Below, in pieces: positions 57,228 through 64,000 of a DNA stretch of 64,000 bases; the stretch's first letter is position 1; every line of letters begins with the position of its first letter. The translations under genes and the position numbers were made by a program. Source of the DNA: the human T2T-CHM13v2.0 reference genome, Homo sapiens; assembly GCF_009914755.1 (NCBI RefSeq), contig NC_060947.1; one strand, written 5' to 3'. Below the pieces are notes generated by a model. The model saw only the letters and a program-made list of their open reading frames with translations, did no database searches and had not been told where the DNA came from.

Positions 57228-57625
57228 TGTATTAGTCTGTTCTCACACTGCTATAAAGAATTGCCTGAGACTGGGTAATTTATAAAGAAAAGAGGTTTAA
57301 TTGGCTCACAGTTCCACAGGCCTTACAAGAAGCATGGCTGGGGAGGCCTCAGGAAACTTATAATTGTGGCAGAAAGCGAAGGGGAAGCAAGCACATTTTA
57401 CATGTCCAGAGCAGGAGGAAGAGAGAGTGATGGGGAAGGTGCCACACACTTATAAACCTCCCGATCTCGTGAGAAATCCATCATGAAACAGCACTAGGGG
57501 GATGGAGCTAAACCATTAGAAACCACCCCCATGATCCAATCACCTCCCACCAGGCCCCACCTCCAACACTGGGGATTACAATTCAACGTGAAATTTGGGT
57601 AGGGACATAGAGCCAAACAAAATCA
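57228..57625 (-). mobile_element. MST (MSTA/B-like) MaLR solo LTR
   Basis: tgtattagtctgttctcacactgctataaag...gagccaaacaaaatca. Confidence 0.85.
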
Positions 57626-58517
57626 GTTGGAGACAGATGCAACCTCTGTGTTTCTCAACAACAGTAGCACCTATGCTTTAAGTATTTGGCCGTTTCTAAC
57701 TGTATAAACAGAAATCTGTATTCTTCCCATAAATTTAACACAAGGCAGTATCCATAATGCCCCTGAAGCTTTGGACATGGAGATATGGTCTCCTCTCTTT
57801 TTTCTTCCTCTTATTAAAAGAAAGCCTTTGCTTACTGGTTAAGTGGTTCAGATTTATTTAAAGCAATATGTTGGGTGTTTATTTCTCAGTGGCAGGAACC
57901 TTGGCCAGATGTCCATTTGAAGTGTATTTCAGTTCGGCAAGGTCCATAACTCACTCTTTCAGATTATTATGGTTTAGCTATATGGATGTCCAAGGCTGAT
58001 AAATCCACTAATTGTAAGCGAGATTTCTATAAATTGATTTTTCACACTATACTTCATGTTCTATGGTATCAATGACAAATTGCAAAATCTCCTGTCTTTC
58101 TTCCCTGCGGGTCTATTTCAGAAATAGTGCAACAGACACTAGATGATGAGACATGAAACTTTTGCTGAAACCATACTGTGTGAAGTTTTCTGTTATTCAG
58201 GAAGAATACAAGTAAGCCCTGTCACATCAGTAAAACTTAGGAGTGTCATAGCACGCATTCAATTGAGTATCGTGTAGAAGCTAATGATTGTGCTTTTCAT
58301 TTCTCTGAATAATATAAAGAAACTCCAGGAATTCTTGCATTCAGACTTTGTGTCTCAATTTAGAAGAGATTGAGCTATGCCCTGCATTGGGAAGGATTGA
58401 ATTGCTCTCGTTCATTTGCTGTTAGTTTTTTTTTTCTTGAAATAATAGGATAAATGCACATGGCAGGAATAAGTGGAAAATTATTTCACAAGTGTGACAT
58501 CTATGGCTTATTCACAA

Positions 58518-58662
58518 TCCCTAGTTGCTTCTTAAAACATAGATTAATAGACCTTGTCCCTAAGGCTTCTGACTCAGTAGGTCCGACGCGGTGCCTGAGA
58601 AGTTGAATCTCTGAGAAGTATCAGGTAACGTGGCTGATGGCAGACGACTCTGACAGAACCAC
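58518..58662. mobile_element. MER5-like fragment
   Basis: ttctgactcagtaggtc...gcctgagaagttgaat...agaaccac. Confidence 0.5.
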
Positions 58663-59332
58663 CTTTCTATCACGTTTCCTAGTGTAGCCAGACTTCCGCC
58701 TAGTACAGCGTGCCTCCTTGCTCATTGTGAATCTGTTTCATCTCATATGTTTCTTGAATACTTGATATTTCTCGGGAGCCAGATCATCTCAATAATTCAG
58801 AATCTTGATCAGGACCAGTGGCTGGAATATCTCAGTCTGGCCACACGAAACATCTTCGTGACCCAGGCAGAGAAGACAGAATCCCATTGCAAGATCTAGC
58901 AATTCCCAAAGGGGTGGGAGCAGGGCGCTAAGGGGATTGTTGCCATCTACTGGACCTGCCCTTTGCATTGTAATGCACAGAGGCAGTGGTTTCTTTCCAT
59001 TGTGTGTGACCAGAGGATGCAGGAACTACCCACTTTCTGGCCCCAACACTAAAAGTCTCCTCCTGCCATTTTAGATGTTTCTCTTTCTCCTCATGAACTT
59101 TTCCCCTTAAATTTTTGAAATTGTTTCTCCTCTGCTCAGAGCTCTGTGGTGCGTGGGAGAAATTGCACACTCCTTATGCTAGTGCAAGTAATATTATTTG
59201 GCCCTGGGCAAAGTCCTCTTGCTCTGCAGTTTTCAGGTCTTTCATAAATTTTATGGAGCTTTCTTCTTCTTTGTTTGCTTCTGTGGCTCCTGGTCCAAAG
59301 TTTCTCCTTAGACCTACATTGAAATTAGGAGT

Positions 59333-59401
59333 CTATCTGTCTGTCTATCAATCTACCTACCTACCTACCTACCTACCTACCTCTCCACCCATCATATCTG
59401 C

Positions 59402-59435
<34 letters not shown>

Positions 59436-59569
59436 CTCTATCTCTCTATTTCTATCATCTATTCTGTCTACCTATAACTATAATCTATTCTATTTATCTA
59501 AGTATCATCTCTATCATCTCTATCTGTTATCTATTTATCCACCTATCTATCTACTATCCATTTATCCAT

Positions 59570-59615
<46 letters not shown>

Positions 59616-59655
59616 ATCTATCTATCATCTATCATCTATCTGCCATCTATCTATC

Positions 59656-59725
<70 letters not shown>

Positions 59726-59765
59726 ATCTATCTATCATCTATCATCTATCTGCCATCTATCTATC

Positions 59766-59839
<74 letters not shown>

Positions 59840-59860
59840 ATCTATCTATCTATCTATCAT
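59333..59860. repeat. Complex (TCTA)n/(TCA) microsatellite with a ~110-bp higher-order duplication
   Basis: Block containing tgccatctat recurs at 59641 and 59751. Confidence 0.9.
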
Positions 59861-60426
59861 TCATTCATCTTTTTTCCATTACTCTCATCCATTTTTCCAC
59901 TGCCTTTGTCTTGGCATTCCTTCTCACATTTGTTTTTATTTCAATAATTCAGCTTTCTTTAGTATCCACTCTGCTGTTTATTGTCTCCTTGGCTGCTTTC
60001 ACTGAGTTTCTCTGTTTTGTCTCCATCCATGAGTGTCTGACTTCAAATCACCTCTCTATGACTTCCTTTTCTTGTGTATAGATGTGCTTTCATCTTGAAT
60101 TGTGCATGTGTATGTTCATGCATGTGTTAATGGACCAGAAATCTTCAAATAACTTCTCCTGATTCTTTCCATAAGTTCTAGTATATAGATACCATATTTG
60201 GTATGAGACAAGTTACTTGATTTCCATTTTTGTTTGGTTATGAAAGGAGAATTTGAGTGAGTCAATGGGGCTTAAATGTCCAAACTTACATTGATATCCC
60301 AACATAAAATACTATAATGAGGATTAGACCATGTATACTCTTTTATATCCTAGTTTTTTCATGTAATATATAGTATGTGTTTTCCTTCTGTGGCCCCACT
60401 ACTTATCATCATATGAATACGCTGTT

Positions 60427-60514
60427 TAGTCAATTTACATATTATCACATATTTAGCCAATTTACATATTATCACATATGTTACTTAGTCAATTTACATA
60501 TTATCACATATTTA
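60427..60514. repeat. 27-bp tandem repeat x3 (ttagtcaatttacatattatcacatat)
   Basis: Direct inspection. Confidence 0.85.
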
Positions 60515-61558
60515 GATTGCTTCTTATTATAGGTATTATAAAAATATGACTATGACTATCCAGGTAGTAAGATAAATCTCTTACTACATGTCTGACAGTT
60601 TCTGTATGAAATATTTCTAAAAATGGGGTTACTTGGTCAAAAGCAGAGACTCAATTTCAATACCCTAATTGCTTTAAAGGAACATTTCAGAATGTTCTCA
60701 GTCCCACCAGGAGTGTATGATATGCTAGTTTCTTAGATAAAAATCTGTTCATACTTTTCTTACTGTAATGCATGTGGTTGTTTCTCATGGTTAAGAGCCA
60801 TCTACTTTTTTTTTCTAATCTGTATCCCTTGGGTATTATTTTGTTCTAGTGTTAGATATTTTTCACCTATTAGTTAATAAGTGCTCTTATAAGATGATAA
60901 ACTCCATTACCATGTCTACTTTTATATCGACTACAACTTTTTTTATTTTGTGGAGTAGTATTTCTAATAAATTTGTTTAAAATATTCTATCATCTGAAAC
61001 TGGTCAAATAAATTATAATTGAACTATCATGACCTGTGAGGACCTCATGTTGGTCTCTGACTTATAATTCTTGCTGTTCCTTTTATAAATAACTCTTTGT
61101 ATAAAGATATGATTGTGTTTATGACCATCACAGCTATATTTTGGCAGTGAAAAACCTCCCATATTTCTATCTTGTATCTTTTATTTAACGTATTTTTAGA
61201 GTCAAAAGGGAAAAAAAAGTGTAAAGATTGACTTACTCAAGAAATGACTTCATTACATTTTACATGTATCTGTGTGACATACCTTGCAATGATGTGAGTT
61301 CTTGTAGATGGCTAACCATGGCTTTTTTTGCATGTATTAACTTATTTGTTTGTTTGTTTACTTAAGAAGGCCTGCCTGCTTTGGCATTATTTTCTCACAG
61401 CCTTCTACTTATTTGATTTGCACTAAGTGGTTTTTGATGTGCTATATATTTTCTGTTCTATTTAGGATTGATTAGAAGAGTTTAGGTAACACACAAAGTT
61501 CAAATCAGCTAGAGTATAAAAGAATACTTCCTAATGTAGGTTTCCAGGACTAAAATTC

Positions 61559-64000
<2,442 letters not shown>

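Overview
Human (or great-ape) X-chromosome DNA, most likely Xp22.31. The only supportable protein-coding gene is a minus-strand VCX-family cancer/testis gene that best matches VCX3A. Its spliced CDS is join(11755..11856, 11014..11562), 216 aa, with 11 copies of the 10-aa LSQESxxEEP repeat. Directly downstream of its poly(A) signal is the ~1.8 kb (CCTC)n/ACAC VNTR of the CRI-S232 low-copy repeat (RU2). This VNTR is packed with the PRDM9-type 13-mer CCTCCCTNNCCAC and is associated with the recurrent NAHR deletions of STS (X-linked ichthyosis). The rest of the window is intergenic and rich in transposons: Alus, L1s (including a young ACG/A-type copy at the right edge with a nonsense codon in ORF2), MLT1/MLT2/THE1/MST/MER11D/ERV1 solo LTRs, a full-length HSMAR2 and hAT MERs. 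Notable structure beyond these annotations: a perfect 29-bp inverted repeat, several locally templated inverted insertions, an Alu with a four-fold amplified 3' end, and a minisatellite grown inside an MLT2 LTR. VCX-specific hypotheses include an SQ cluster, an AP-1 array, an in-frame intron and a fossil C-terminal tail. I see no convincing new gene system. Repeat subfamily names and comparisons with paralogues are from memory and need database confirmation.
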